A stretch of 64,000 nt of DNA from the human T2T-CHM13v2.0 reference genome, Homo sapiens (GCA_009914755.4 CP086569.2:15424001-15488000); one strand, 5' to 3'; positions 1 to 12,975 are shown, counted from the stretch's first letter. Notes: generated from the sequence alone by a model not told the origin. Translations and numbers: made by a program.

Positions 1-102
1 CTTGAATCTGGGAGGTGGAGGTTGCAGTGACCTGAGATCCCACCACTGCACTCCAGCTTGGCAAAACTATAAGACTCCATCTCAAAAAAAAAAAAAAAAA
101 AA
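1..102 (+). mobile_element. Alu SINE, 3' fragment with poly-A tail (window starts inside the element)
   Basis: The sequence ...ggaggtggaggttgcagtgacctgagatcccaccactgcactccagcttgg...ctcaaaaaaaaaaaaaaaaaaa matches the Alu right-monomer 3' end plus its A tail. Confidence 0.85.
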
Positions 103-2197
103 GATCCACCACAAGCCTGCTATTTCTGAATTTACCTTATCTTTTTTTTTCTTTCACATTAAGACTATAATTATGATTTCAACTTCCTCATCTGATTCCC
201 AGTCATGAATCTATCTAACATATTCAGCTGAAGGCTGTCAATGTTGTACTGATTCCAAAATGCAATGATACTCTCCCATTTTCCTTCACTCCTAAAATCT
301 CTGAAGACTGTGACACAATTGACTCCTGCCTACTCCTTGAGAAGGTTACAATCCTTCCTTGAATTCCATGCCATGTTTTCTCTTGCCAGAGATCTTTGCA
401 GATGGGACAATGACCCTATTTCAGGTTGCTATCAAGACCCTACCCAGTGTCACTTCCTCCAAAGATTTGCCTTTCCTTTTAAGTGAACGCTTTCTCTATT
501 TTACACCAAAATGTTAAGTATCATATCCATAGGGTTTGTGCTCAGATCTACAGATCCTACTTTAAGATCCCTATTCAGATCAAATCTCCTCTCCCAAAGA
601 TCTCAGGTCTGTGGGTCATTGGTATTTCTATGATCCACAAGCATCTCATTTTTCTTTCCATACAAGTGACTTTGGGTGAATGCACTATCACTCATCATAT
701 CCTTCCCATAGCACCACATCAAAGCTATCTTTAGTCTTTTCTCATTTTAGGGCTCCATCCCGTTTTTACTCAACTTTTGCAACTATGCATATAGTCAAAT
801 GCCATCCATAGTGAAAAAAATTTACTACTACTCTGAAATTTCCCTATTACTGGGTATTTTCACTACTAATATCCTAATTTATGAATGCTGCAGTATCACT
901 GTCCTCTTTTGTTCTAGAATGTCCCGGATCTTAAATTCCCTCAGAGTAAATTCTCTGAAAGGTAATCTCTGCCACCATCCCCCACTAACACCAATAAGGA
1001 TTCCAGTCAATGAATATTCATAATCCTCTGTAGTCCAGCCTTCTTATTCTCCTCTTTGAATCACAAGAACCTACAAGTAGCTCACCACCATTCCTGTTCT
1101 CAGAGTTTAACTTGAGTATTATCTAATAAAACAACCTCATGTAGCAGGGTGGCCCCACATATTCAGGTTCCCAGAACTCACTCGAGACCTGTGAAGTTTG
1201 AATCCTGGTGTTTAGCTCTAGAGGCATGGATTTTGTAACCATCTTCCTGGGTCATCCTTGTTGACCTTGAAGTTCCAAAGCCTCTGCTCACTCCATATCT
1301 ATTTCTCTTCTCTAGATATTATTAACTTGGAATAATTTCCCATATCTACTCTCCAATTCCCCAGAAAAAACTTGTTCTGTGAACCTTTTTCTCATCATCC
1401 CAATAGGATGCTTGTTATGCCTTCTGTATGCTTTGGAGATGGCATATATCACACATTGAGTTGCATTTTAATAATTGAAGAGTTTAATTTATTCCCTTAT
1501 TAGATTTTAAGCATCTTTTATGCTATACATATTTATCTTTCCAATAATGATTAATAACATAGTATATATTATTATTGCACTAACAATTATCCTACTGAAA
1601 ATATTTGTTTCAATTTGACCATTGTATTAGGAGAGTCAATAGGAATCAGTAGTGCCCTATAGTGTATCTGGCTTCACCAGTATTGTATTTCGAGTTCCAC
1701 ATATTGATCCCATAGGAGCATTAACATAATAGTATGTATGAATGTATGTATGTTCATAATAGTATGAACATAACAGTATGTAGAATGTAGTTGATGAAGA
1801 CACTGAGATGGAAAATCAGAGAGAACAAGTAATGTGGTATAGATTATGTCTCATGTTTCATCCAGTTCTTTGTACCAAACCCAGCTTATATATCCTTCTA
1901 GGAACCCTACTGTTTTATTTCATTTTATGAATCCTCCTAGCTCCCACATCTCACCATACTCCACAATTAGATTTCAAGTGGAAACATGAAGAATGATATC
2001 CTTATCTCTTCCAGGAATTCAGAATTTAAACCTCCGAAGCTCTTCTGTCTGTATCGTAATCCTGTGGCTCAGTTGTTAAGAACTGGTGTTTTAGGTTCTA
2101 TCCTGGTCACTTATGAGGGATTTTGGATTAGGGAAAATTATAAACTCATAATATCTTATATTCACTTTTTCTTATAAGCATGATTCCATTTGTCTAA

Positions 2198-2498
<301 letters not shown>

Positions 2499-2740
2499 TT
2501 TTTTTTTTTTTTAAGAAATTAATTAATTAATTTTAAAAAGTCTTAGTGAAGTAATTCAGACAGAAGTGACTTGTCTGCTCTCTCCCAGGTCACATGTCTC
2601 AGGGAAGAGATCTGCTACCCAACCAATGCACCCACAAACTAAGCCAAGCATTCAGATTTTGCCCAAAATCTCCCTCCCAATCTCACTTTATCATGCTGCC
2701 TTAAAGTATTTAGAGTTGATGTCTCCCCACAGCAATCTCC

Positions 2741-2852
2741 ACTCCCTTCCCTTCCCCTCTCCCCTCCCCTCATCTCCCCTGCCCTCCACTCCCCTCCACT
2801 TCTTTTCTGTCCCTTCTTTTTCTCCTTTTCTCTTTCTCTCTCTGTCTCTCTC
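2741..2852. repeat. Polypyrimidine (CT-rich, CCCT/CTCT) low-complexity tract
   Basis: ctcccttcccttcccctctcccctcccctcatctcccct...ctctttctctctctgtctctctc. Confidence 0.8.
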
Positions 2853-5099
2853 ATTCAGGACTTGATTTGTCACAGCCATTCTTGCAACAACCTTACAAAC
2901 ATTTTCTTTGCTTTCCACATTGGCCCTCTTCAACTAGTTCTCCATGTTGCCATCACAGTGATTGTCCTAAAACATAAATCTGATTATTTCTTCTTCCCTC
3001 ACTGCAGAAAATGTGTTATTGGCTTTCCCACTGCCTACTGGATAAATTCCACCTTTTCAGCATGACATTTAAAACTCTTCACAATTAGGTCTCTAATCCT
3101 TTCCTCACTACCTTCTTTTCAAATTCAATGTCCTGCCATGCCAAACCCTCCCTATTTCTAGATCTCCACACATACAGTATTGCTGCGATGTCTTTAGCCA
3201 TGGCTTCTTTTTCAACTTCTTCAACCAATCAGTGTCGATGTACCATTCCTTCCCTACTCTGAATGTTCTTCCTTTGCAAACCCTTGGTTAATTATTTTAA
3301 CCTCTATGGGTCCCTATTAATTTATATGTATTCCTTGTACACACCTTCCTGTAATCACATTTTTTTCTCATGCTTTTCATTATCTTGTCTACTATAATGT
3401 ATGCTTTCTCAAAAATAAATGGATAAGTCTCACTCACAGTTACATGTCTGTGCTTAGGACTGTGTCAGTGCTAAAAAAAAAAAAACCTGAACTTATGAAT
3501 AAGTCAATGAATTAATACATTCTTGGCAAAGTCCATGACTTTGTGGCCTATTATAAATTAGTGTGTTCAAGTTGAGGTTCTGGTTTAGTTTAGGACATAG
3601 ATATCTATATATAGTCCATATATCTACATATATATGTCTACATCCATGTATATCACTGATTTGGGGGATAAGCTGTATTTATAAACAATACTATCATGTT
3701 AATGGGTCTTCAATATCTACACAATAATGGAAAAAAGTATATGTATATTTCTAAATATCTAATGGGAACACACACACATATATGTATGTATGTATATACA
3801 TTTTTCTATTATTGGCTATAGATATCTTTTAATAGATAAGTGTATATCTATGTACCAATCTTGTTGGCAAAGGATGCTTTCATGCATATTATCTCATTTA
3901 GTCCCCACAAGGAAAAGCAACCCACAGGAAAGGTAATAATAATGTCAGCTCAACAGAGTCACAGAACATAACTGACTTTATGACAAGGCAAAATTTGTGA
4001 GGATAGAGTCTTAACATGAAACCAGGTCCCCAGATTCATGTCCATCATCTTCCCCATTATTGCTCATGTTGTCCAAAATCCTTCGCATCATCATGGAAGG
4101 CTTCATGCTTAGGTTTACTTCCTAAAGCAGAAGCAATTAGGAGAATGTCCTATGTGTTGTGGACATTATCTTTTTTCCTTCCATAAATGAATTAATGGGC
4201 AATGAAATAATTTTAAGAAAAGCTAACTTTTATAGCCAGGTAGAATAAAAGTAATCACCATGAAATATTGTGAAGATAAGCAGGCCCCACACACTAGCTC
4301 AGCTAATCAATATGACAATATTACATGGAGATTATCTGTTCCATTTTACAGATGCAGAAATGGAGGCGAATATTAAAATTCATTCCTAAGGTCACATGCA
4401 ACTTAAACCCAAGCAATCTCATTTTAGAATCTGTGTTCATTGCCACAACATTCTATGATGTACTCTGATCTTTGCATTGCCAATTTAAATCCAACTTTCT
4501 TGAAGCCAACTTTAAATACTGGGAACTTTAAGCATTGTCAATTTCAAGCCAACTTTCTCCAACCCAATTTTAAATACAGGGGTCACACCCTCCTCCTCGC
4601 CCCCTGCAACTTGAAACTCCCTGGGAAAGATAACCTCCTGGACCTGGGAAATGAGGAGTATTTAGAAACAACTGCCTCTTGGTAAGCACACCTCCTATAT
4701 TTTATCCAAATCATGAAATTATAACAATAGAAGTAAACAAAAAGCCTTCATTCATCCTCTTTCAACCATAACCTCGGCATAAAAAGCTCCTGTACTTTAC
4801 AGAGCTGTATTCCAATTTTCGCTGCTCTTAAAATTTTTTTTAATATCATTGCTTCCCAATTGACTCACAATAACGCAGACATAGGGACTGCTGGAGACTG
4901 TGACCTTAAACAGTTAAAGATGTCTGCATATACGACATCATGTTTGGTGTGGAGAGTACCTAGAGATTCCTAAAAAAGCAAAGAGGAAGAAGGTTTGCTG
5001 TGCGCATCTGGGTACCCTGCTCTATCTCCAGGGTTCCCAGGATCTCTCTGTTACAGCTGGTTTGCACTGGGATTAGTTGCTCTTTGCATGAGGTTGTAG

Positions 5100-5570
5100 C
5101 TGTGGACGTGGGTTTTGTAGCGATTGGGACGACTCTGGAGATCTATTGGCTGCTGGGTTTGTAAATTTCATTCATTTTGGTCCAATGGCAGAAGGAGAGC
5201 GCCGGAAGCAGAAGGACCTCTCTCCCCTAGCTCTCTTTTTCTTGCAGAGACATCTTTCTCCCATCTCTGTCTGTTAGTACAGAGCTCTTATTCAGCCACT
5301 AGCTCGGCCTTTCCTGCTTCAATTGTAATGCTTGTTCTGCCCGGGGACACACTATTGACAGCAGAAACAATGAATTTCCTCCAAACCCGGCAATGTTGGT
5401 GGCTCTTGCATTCCTCTGGATGAGCGAATCTAGTTGGGGGGTTCCCGAAGGGGAAGGCGCCTGGGCTTTCAATACATCCTCCTGAATCATACTGCGTTTC
5501 AGGTTCCTTAGAAAAATTTGGATGTGTAAAAAGAACTCTTAACGGCGATGCAGGTCTTCCACAGCTAAGG
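5100..5570. promoter_or_regulatory. CpG-rich shoulder upstream of the main CpG island, ending in a strong splice-donor-like site (CTAAG|GTAGGT, GT at 5570-5571)
   Basis: Many CpGs are retained (gcgattgggacgac, gcgccggaag, cccgaagggg, aacggcgatg). The donor motif matches MAG|GTRAGT in 8 of 9 positions. Confidence 0.35.
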
Positions 5571-6028
5571 TAGGTGCAGTTTTAAGACGTGTCTTTCGCA
5601 TATTATTATCCTTATTTTAAAAAGCCGTTTAAACAATTTGACTTGCAGTGGCTCTCCAGCAAAGGAGGGAAAGCCTCACTGGCGATATTTGAGCTTCATT
5701 TCATCTAATATTTATTTATTTTTTCCTTTTATTATTATTATTATTGGACAATTTGGGCTGGACTCTCTCCCATCTGTCTCGCTCCATTTCTTTGGTGTGG
5801 ATGGGAATGTGGACATCGATGTATGGCTTTTACATGCAATCTCTCCACAGGAACATTTGGTTTTATTTTCACTTAAAAATAAAAATGCAGACCACCAATG
5901 TTGTTTGGAAGCATTTTGCTGCAATCAGCTGTTTGAACAGCTCTGGGGCCATGTGCGGTGTGTTTAAAAAGTAGCGCTGCCTTCCATACAAATTAAAGGA
6001 AGACTGTGGCGGGGAAAGGAGGGGAAAA

Positions 6029-6131
6029 ATATATATATATATACACACAGACATATATATGCGTATGTGTGAGTTTGTGAGTGTACACATACACACACAC
6101 ATATATATATGTACACACACACACATACATG
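6029..6131. repeat. Compound (TA)n/(CA)n microsatellite
   Basis: atatatatatatacacacagacatatatatgcgtatgtgtgag...acacacacacatatatatatgtacacacacacacatacatgc. Confidence 0.9.
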
Positions 6132-6484
6132 CAGTACAGGGGAAAAGGAGGGAAAAGGCCAGGGCTGGAGATGGCGAAAGCAGGAGGACTTCTGCAAACT
6201 GTGAGCATGGAAGGCTTTTCTTCTCTTTTCTCCCCACTCCAAAGCCCTCGTCTTCTTTAAGAAAACCACCACTGCCTGGGGTGCTTCTTTTGGGAGGCTG
6301 GGGTTGGGGGTTGGTGCCATTAACCAGAGAGAAAAGGGGAAATAAAGCTTGGTTGGGGTTGCATTATGAGATTTTTTTTTCCCTTCCTTCATCTCCTGGC
6401 CTCGGATAAGATAAGGCTTGGGGGATGCACGAAATAATCCAAGTGATTGATTAGACCTGGCATGGCTTGGTTGGGCTGGAGAAA

Positions 6485-8145
6485 GATCGGGGCGCGCTGG
6501 AAACCCCGCGTGAAGATGAAATGACTGTAGCTCCGTGCTGCTCCTCCAAACTCGGGAGCGGTATCCATGCACCCCTTTCCCGTGTGTGTGGGTTACGACG
6601 TGGGTGGGAGTGGTGAGGCAAGCCGCAAAAGTGGGGTAGAGCTGGTGGTTTTGCTTCTTCGGAAGCCTTTGAGTGTGGCCTGGACCTTAGATGGGGGTGC
6701 AGGGCGGTTTGCCGCTGCCACCCTCGGCACCATCTCTGAACTGCCCGCTTTTCCGGAGGAGCGGAAAAGTTGGAAGCCGAAAAGACAGGCGCCCGGAGCC
6801 CTGGTCTAGGTATCAGGTGATCCGGAGCCCTAGTCGGTGCCCACTAAGAACACCCCTTCTCCCATCGGGGGTTCGGAGGAGTGTTAAGCCTGCGGGTCTG
6901 CCAGTCCCTAAGGTAGGGATGGGGGAGGGGTCTGAGGAATCCGTTCCAATAGGCACACCATCCCCACAGCCCTAGAAAAGGCAACCACCACCCGCTCCTT
7001 CCTCCCGCACCATCCCATCTCAAGGCTCTCTGCTGACCCGGGCCGATTTCATCTGGTCTCTTCTCCCCCGCTTCCCACCTCCCAATTCCCGCGCAGCTCG
7101 GCTCCGTTCCCTCCCACTCCCCTAGGCGGAACTGAAAGCGAAGATCAGCCAAGAGCACAGTCGGAGGCGGCAGAGACGGTGGCGGGTGAGCTAGGGGCTG
7201 TGAGACGAAGCAGGGAGAGAGTGAACTTCAGCCCCGTCCCCTCCCCACTGCCACGGCTGGGGCAACCCAACCCGCGCCTGAAGCGGCTTGGCTTGACCTG
7301 CGGAAGCGCGGGCCGGGATGGCGTGGGGAGAGGGAGGTAGGTGCCACTGGGCTGCAGATGACGAGTGGGTTGGGGGCTTGCTGTGGGACAAGAGGTTCAG
7401 GTTCCGGCCTGCGCCTTCCACTCCGCGGTGGCGCTCTCTGCCTGCGGTTTTCCAGGAGGCCGATCTACCCCAGGGACACTCTCATCCTTCAGGCGGTCTC
7501 CTGGACGCCCTTTCCTCCCCTTGCCTCCCAGCCTGACCTGGCTCTTTCGCCCCTCGGAGAACCGGTAGGTTGGGGTCCCTCGGCGGGGGTCTAGTGAGCC
7601 GAGTCGCGAGCTTTGCGCCCCCGGTATCTAGGCCCCGTGCCGCGCGCAAATCCGGGCCCAGGCGTACAGTTCTGGAGCCTAGTCGCCGCCAGACACAGGG
7701 CCCTTTGTACCCGGAGGAGCGGGAGCGGGAGCGGGGGCGTCAGGGCAACCCTTGCACCCCAGAGGCCTGCCTAGGACCACCCTGGGAACAAATGTCTCGC
7801 TCGGAAAACGAGGTGAACCCGGAGGATGTCCTACGCATCATACCCCTCCCCTTCTTGAGAAGGCTTTTTCTTTTTTTCTTTTTTTTTCCCGGTTTCCTTT
7901 TCTCTGGCTTCTTCCACACCTTACCGCAGGTGTGGGCCTCTTTTCATGTATGTGCGGCTGCTATCTCGGGGATGCAGGGGAAGGCGGTGTAGGAGGCAGC
8001 GTGGAAGGGTACTAGGAGGTGGCGGCGGGATTTTGGGCCTGGTGATGTGCCCGAGCTTGCAGCTAGCTGGGGCACTGGGCCCCCAAGTCACGAATTCAGC
8101 CCAGGGCTTGGGCGAGACTGCCCGGAGCAAGGACGGAGGATCCAG
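6485..8145. promoter_or_regulatory. CpG island, candidate TATA-less promoter with putative first exon(s)
   Basis: CpG density is very high over about 1.6 kb (gatcggggcgcgctggaaaccccgcgtg..., ccgcgcgcaaatccgggcccaggcg...). A CCAAT motif lies at 7081-7085. Splice-donor-like sites are GG|GTGAGC (GT at 7186-7187) and, after an ATG at 7318, GGGAG|GTAGGT (GT at 7337-7338). The flanking DNA is AT-rich and repeat-rich. Confidence 0.7.
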
Positions 8146-9054
8146 ATTTACCATTTGGACCCAAATTAAGAAATTTGGGGTGGGGGTTGGGTAGGGGTTT
8201 TGAAACTAAGCAGGTGACGTCCTTGCGAGCTGAATCCACAAGGTGGTAGTATGGCTTATATTATTTTTATTTTATTATTTTATTTTATTTTTCTATTGTT
8301 CATTTTTTTTGTGTGTGGGGAGTGGGGGATGTTTTTTTCTCTGTGTACTCCAATCTTATGCTTTTTGAAGGCATCCATTGCCCGTAGGGTTTACATAAGA
8401 CCGCGTTGCATTATATTTTCTTAAAAGTGGGGTGGTGTGCATAAGCTTCCATTTCAGAATCAGTCGCTCCTGTGATGTGAGGGAGGCAAAAGCAAAGAAA
8501 AGGAAAAATAAACAAAATAAGAAGTTTAGGGAGACTTCATTATCCCCACGAAGCCGGAATTGCCAGTTTGTGTGGTCGTTCTGCGGGCAACATAGAAGTG
8601 CGTGTTTCAGAAATCCTTGGATAGCTTCTTTCTTCTCCAACTAGAAATTAAATGGCCAGGGTGCAAACACCTGACTTTGATGAAAACAAAGTGGCAGAAA
8701 CTACAAGAGACCTGATTGCTTTCAATGAACGCACTGAGCCTTTTCCTAGAGGATGGCAGAGCTGGGAGAAATCAGATCTCAAAGAAATCTACAGTTTTGT
8801 GAGGGCAGATTTGGAGAGTGGAGAATTATTTCATACCTTTAGTTGGCCCTGGTGAAGATGTTAGCAGTAATCCATCAAATCCTTAGCATAGATTTTCCTG
8901 TGGAAATGAGCAAAATGTTAAGGGGTTGGGGGATGGCTATATAGGAATTTCATGGAGACCTCTGCAAGGATGTATTTTCTCAGATTAGAAATCCGGTATT
9001 TTATTACACAATGCAATGAATGCATTCTACACACACATGCATTCCATATTTCTG

Positions 9055-9092
9055 TATGTGTGTCTGTGTGTGTGTGTGTGTGTGTGTGTATG
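9055..9092. repeat. (TG)n microsatellite
   Basis: tgtgtgtctgtgtgtgtgtgtgtgtgtgtgtatg. Confidence 0.9.
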
Positions 9093-9206
9093 TAGTCTTT
9101 TTAAAGAGTATCTTTGACATGTAAAAACATAATCAGGGCCATTGTAGGAAGTGGAAAATTACTTCATCAGTTTTAAATCAGTGGATTAAAATCGGAGGCT
9201 TGATTT

Positions 9207-9225
9207 TGTGTGTGTGTGTGTGTGT
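9207..9225. repeat. (TG)n microsatellite, short
   Basis: ttgtgtgtgtgtgtgtgtgtaac. Confidence 0.85.
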
Positions 9226-10974
9226 AACACTAGAATGATAATTGCATATTCATAATAATGTTTGTGCTTGGATACCATTTTAAAGTTGCTTTGATGTTTT
9301 CTGCTCTGGTGAAAGAATTTTTCTTTTCTTTGTGTTTTATTTAAATAAACTAATGCTTCATATACAGTAGGCCCTAAAACCAGTAACCTAGCTGATTTTT
9401 ACCCAAACCTAAGAATATAACAGATACTTGGTAAGGGACTAGTGGCTGCATAAGGTAGATAATTATGTTATCTTGATGCTGTAAAATTTACAAGCAGACT
9501 TGAAGGAATTTGAAAGTTCACAGTTTTGGGCCTGGAATGTAGACTAATGGTAAGCATACAGATTTGTTTTTAATTTGTGAATTTGGCTTTTTCATTTTTG
9601 TGTGTGTAGTAATTTGTGGAAAGCTTATAGTCTCTCCACAAAGACAGGAGCTTTTGACTGACTCGCCATCAGAGAATTGCTTTCACAAGTGCAGGGGTCT
9701 CTTTAAAATCTCTTTGGAATACTGTGCTTTTATTTCTACACCACAAAAAAGGATCTCACAAAAGTAAACATTCAAGTGCATGACCGAATGACCTTTTTTA
9801 AACATTCTTTCATTTTAATTGGTACTCCACACTTCAAACCTTTCCTAAAACTTTGAATATTGTCAATAATGCAAGTTGCTGAGCGAATATTGTGAATATT
9901 GCATTCAAATGAAGTAGCAATATAAAAATATTTTAAGTCATTTAATGTCCTCCTTCTGAAGACAGGCGTATGTGGTTAAAATATACTTAAATTCCAAATA
10001 TGGTGAGAGCCGGTCTTAGGATGTGAATGTCAAGTTTAAGCAACACAATTTTAGTTTGTAAACCAGAATGTATTCTTTCTATACTACTTTCTGATTTTTA
10101 ACAATATGTATTCTATTCCTAAATGGGAAAAATATGTTCAGTTGAGTTCAAATCCATTGCTGTTTTTTGTTTTTGTCTGAGTACTACACTTTTTCAGAGG
10201 AGAGTCTTCATCTCCTACTTAATTATGTGAATGGATTTTCAGACAGACTGTGCCTTCTGTATAGCCACCTTTTATTTCTTAAACCCCTGAGCTACAAGTT
10301 TTAAATCAAAGATACAGCTTTTGCCCAGTCATTTAGAGAAAGTGAGAATGGAAATTGAAGCCCAGGCCATTGAGGCAATTAGGTCATCTGCTGTGCCCTC
10401 TGCTACCATTCAGTCAATGAATATTTTACAGTTTCATCATTTTAATCTAAACAACCTACATTTGGACTTTGAAAGGCTCCACTGTTTTTTGTTAAGTGAA
10501 TGGCAGTGTAGGAAACCCTTCCTCATTTTTCTTGGGGCAGAGTGGCACACATGAATGAGAAAAAAAGAAGGCGATACCTCCTAGCAGTTTGTCATTGTGA
10601 CATTCATAGGCTTTGAATAAATGTGTAGATGAAAAGGCCTTCTCTCTGCAGGTGATTACATGAAATAAAAAATAAGTAAATAAAAGGCTCATAAAAACAC
10701 TACAGGAGTGGAAGGTTGATGGTGGAAAACAGCCTATCTACCTTGGGTTGAGATTTCAAACTTTAGACATTTTGTGTTGAGTTCACATGTCCCTGATGTA
10801 TGGGGAACACCTCCATATACCACATCTTCCCAAGGCATGCTCATCTTCCCAGAAATGGTACCTGAAGGAGAGCAGGCCTAACCCCAACAATATTTTTAAA
10901 AACTCTCTCTATATATGTAACTATATATATAGAGTAAAATCTGTATCTTACTGTATATTATATATATATAGTAA

Positions 10975-11317
10975 TATATATTTTAATAAGGTTTGTATTT
11001 ATAAAGGAAAGAAGTTTAAATGACTCGCAGTTCAGCATGGCTGGAGAGGCCTCAAGAAACTTACAATTATGGGAAACGGGAAGCAAACACATCCTTCACA
11101 GGATGGCAGGAAGGAGATGAATGAGAACCAAGTGATTCATGGAAAGCCCCTTATAAAACGATCAGATCTTGTGAGAACTTACTATCATGAGAATGGCATG
11201 GAGGAAACTGCCCCTGTGATTCAATTATCTCCCACCACGTCCCTCCCATGACACATGGGGATTGTGGAGCCGCAATTCAAGATGAGGTTTGGGTGGGGAC
11301 ACAGTCAAATCATATCA
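10975..11317 (-). mobile_element. MaLR LTR (THE1/MST-type), minus orientation
   Basis: The plus strand reads ...aggaaagaagtttaaatgactcgcagttcagcatggctggagaggcctcaagaaacttacaattatgg...cccctgtgattcaattatctcccaccacgtccctcccatgacacatggggattgtggagccgcaattcaagatgaggtttgggtggggacacagtcaaatcatatca. This is the reverse complement of the THE1/MST LTR consensus, which begins TGATATGGTTTGGCTGTGTCCCCACCCAAATCTCATCTTGAATTG... Confidence 0.75.
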
Positions 11318-12556
11318 TGAGGTTTTATTATTTAAGACAGGAAAAGAGTAATCGTCCATACTTTAGACGGGAGATGAAGTACAGTGAACATTCATAGTCC
11401 CATTGGTTGAAGAATACATTTCGAAGAGAGAAATGTTAATTTCATTATATTGCTAATGAAATGATCTAGGCTTTCACTGCTCTCTGGAAATGTGGAGAAG
11501 TGGCCCAGGATCTTGTTTGGGTTGTTCTATTTAAAATGTACATTACATAAAGAAATCATGATTTGTCAAAGTAACAGAGTGGTATTTTTGGCTTACAATG
11601 GGACTTTCTTAGCTCCACCTGTTAATATCGATGATCATTTTGGTTTTAAGAGGCCAGTATCTGATTGGATGATGAAAACCTGGATCTCAAAGCCATCACC
11701 CCAGACATGTGATTTTATTAACATCTGTGGGCATGTCTCCTGGCTCCCACATCAACCCTTCATCCAGGCTCATTTTCTCTGTTTTTGTTTGGTTGTTTGT
11801 ATGCTTTGGGTGGGGAAAGGGGACACATATTTTGCTAAGGGCACCTTTTTCAGTCATGAAACGTAGCCTGTCAATAAGCTGAAAAGGAACTTGAGTTGTT
11901 TCAAGTTGCATTAGGTAGTAAGTTTTTGGATCCTTTAAAAAAAAAAAGGACTGAGGTTACTAAAAGTGTTATTGGCACTGATAAAAGAGCCATGGTGACT
12001 TGTGGTTTGTTTTCACAAGGTGTGGAAAAGGCCTCCTTGGTTCTTTGATGATGGCTGTAGTGAAGTTGCATGCGGTGCCATTTTCCATGTTTAGTATTTC
12101 AACAACACCAATATGTGGCTCTGGAGTATGGGACGGGCAATTCCAAGAACTCAGTGAGGCATGCCATGTGACTCCAATGGTCAGTCAGAGCTGTTCAGCA
12201 TGGAACTATGGTCCCAAAAGCATGGGGGATGGGGGCAGAAGAAACTCATTGCAACTGAGTGTCTTTAACTTGTTCCAGTCCTCACTACTCTCTGTGAATA
12301 TAACTCTGTGAGTGGGTTAGGTGAGGAAACTCACAAAAGTAAATGCGTGTTTTCACAAACAAATTTTATCATTGTTAACTGTTTTCCTAAGTGAGACAAT
12401 ATGCCCTCATGCCCTGAAGCTACACTGTAAGAATGGCAGTATGTATGAGCAGGTGTATACACATACATGTGCACATATGCCAACACACTAACTAGGAACT
12501 AGTCCTTGCAGAAAATGTTTTTCTCAGCCATTCTAACACACTAGATAAAAGCAAGT

Positions 12557-12644
12557 ATGTGTGTGTGTGTATATATATACACACACATATGTACATACAT
12601 GTATAAACACATATATGTACATATATATATATATATATATATAT
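12557..12644. repeat. Compound (TG)n/(TA)n/(CA)n microsatellite
   Basis: gtgtgtgtgtgtatatatatacacacacatatgtacatacatg...atatatatatatatatatatatatctg. Confidence 0.9.
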
Positions 12645-12733
12645 CTGAAGGAAAAATATCATTTTTCATTAGTTACTTTCCTTTTTTTATTCCCATCATT
12701 CACCAAACCTATGTTATATTAAACAATCCATAA

Positions 12734-12975
12734 CACCTGGCCTGGACAATAGAGTGAGACCCTAACTCCACAAAGAAACAAAAATTAAAAACAAAGTAGC
12801 TGGCACTAGGCAAGTACCTGTGGTTCCAACTGAGGTGGGAGGATCACTTGAACATAGGAGTTCATGGCTGCAGTGAGCTATAATTACACCACTGTACTCC
12901 AGCCTGAGAGACAGAGCAAGACCCTATCTCTAAAAAATATATATAAATAAAACATAAAAAATAAAAATAGAAAAT
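12734..12975 (+). mobile_element. Alu SINE, 5'-truncated (right two-thirds), diverged, with A-rich tail
   Basis: cctggcctggacaatagagtgagaccctaactccacaaagaaacaaaaattaaaaacaaagtagctggc...gcagtgagctataattacaccactgtactccagcctgagagacagagcaagaccctatctctaaaaaa. Confidence 0.8.

Noticed and set aside
4440-4690. An 81-aa ORF ending at a GTAAGC donor-like site (cttg|gtaagcac at 4682), with two roughly 33-bp imperfect tandem units (ccaactttct…aaatac.ggg).
   Set aside because: An isolated GTAAG is common by chance. There is no upstream acceptor or polypyrimidine tract, the peptide is low-complexity, and the local tandem duplication explains the ORF periodicity. It is retained only as a minor tandem repeat.
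5964-6572. A 202-aa minus-strand ORF and neighbouring ORFs (5869-6237, 5993-6208, 6059-6409).
   Set aside because: They read straight through the (TA)n/(CA)n microsatellite, giving CVCVYIYI… and HTHIYIC… peptides. These are translation artefacts of simple repeats.
7570-7992. A 140-aa plus-strand ORF and overlapping ORFs (7318-7536, 7358-7594, 7752-8015, 7946-8194) inside the CpG island.
   Set aside because: GC-rich sequence has few stop codons, so long ORFs arise by chance. The predicted peptides are low-complexity (poly-F from a T-run, R/G/P-rich). Several mutually overlapping frames are open simultaneously. Only the ATG at 7318 followed by a donor is kept as a weak candidate.
8356-8855. 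Small ORFs just downstream of the CpG island: 8652-8855 plus (67 aa, MARVQTPDFDENKVAETTRDLIAFNERTEPFPRGWQSWEKSDLKEIYSF…) and 8356-8640 minus (94 aa).
   Set aside because: I recognise no protein family. The Kozak context is weak (T at -3). There are no splice signals. The length is within chance expectation for 64 kb. A short uORF or micropeptide in a transcript from the island cannot be excluded but is unsupported.
11069-11251. A 60-aa ORF, MGNGKQTHPSQDGRKEMNENQVIHGKPLIKRSDLVRTYYHENGMEETAPVIQLSPTTSLP.
   Set aside because: It lies entirely within the antisense THE1/MST-type MaLR LTR. The protein-like appearance is a known property of that LTR consensus.
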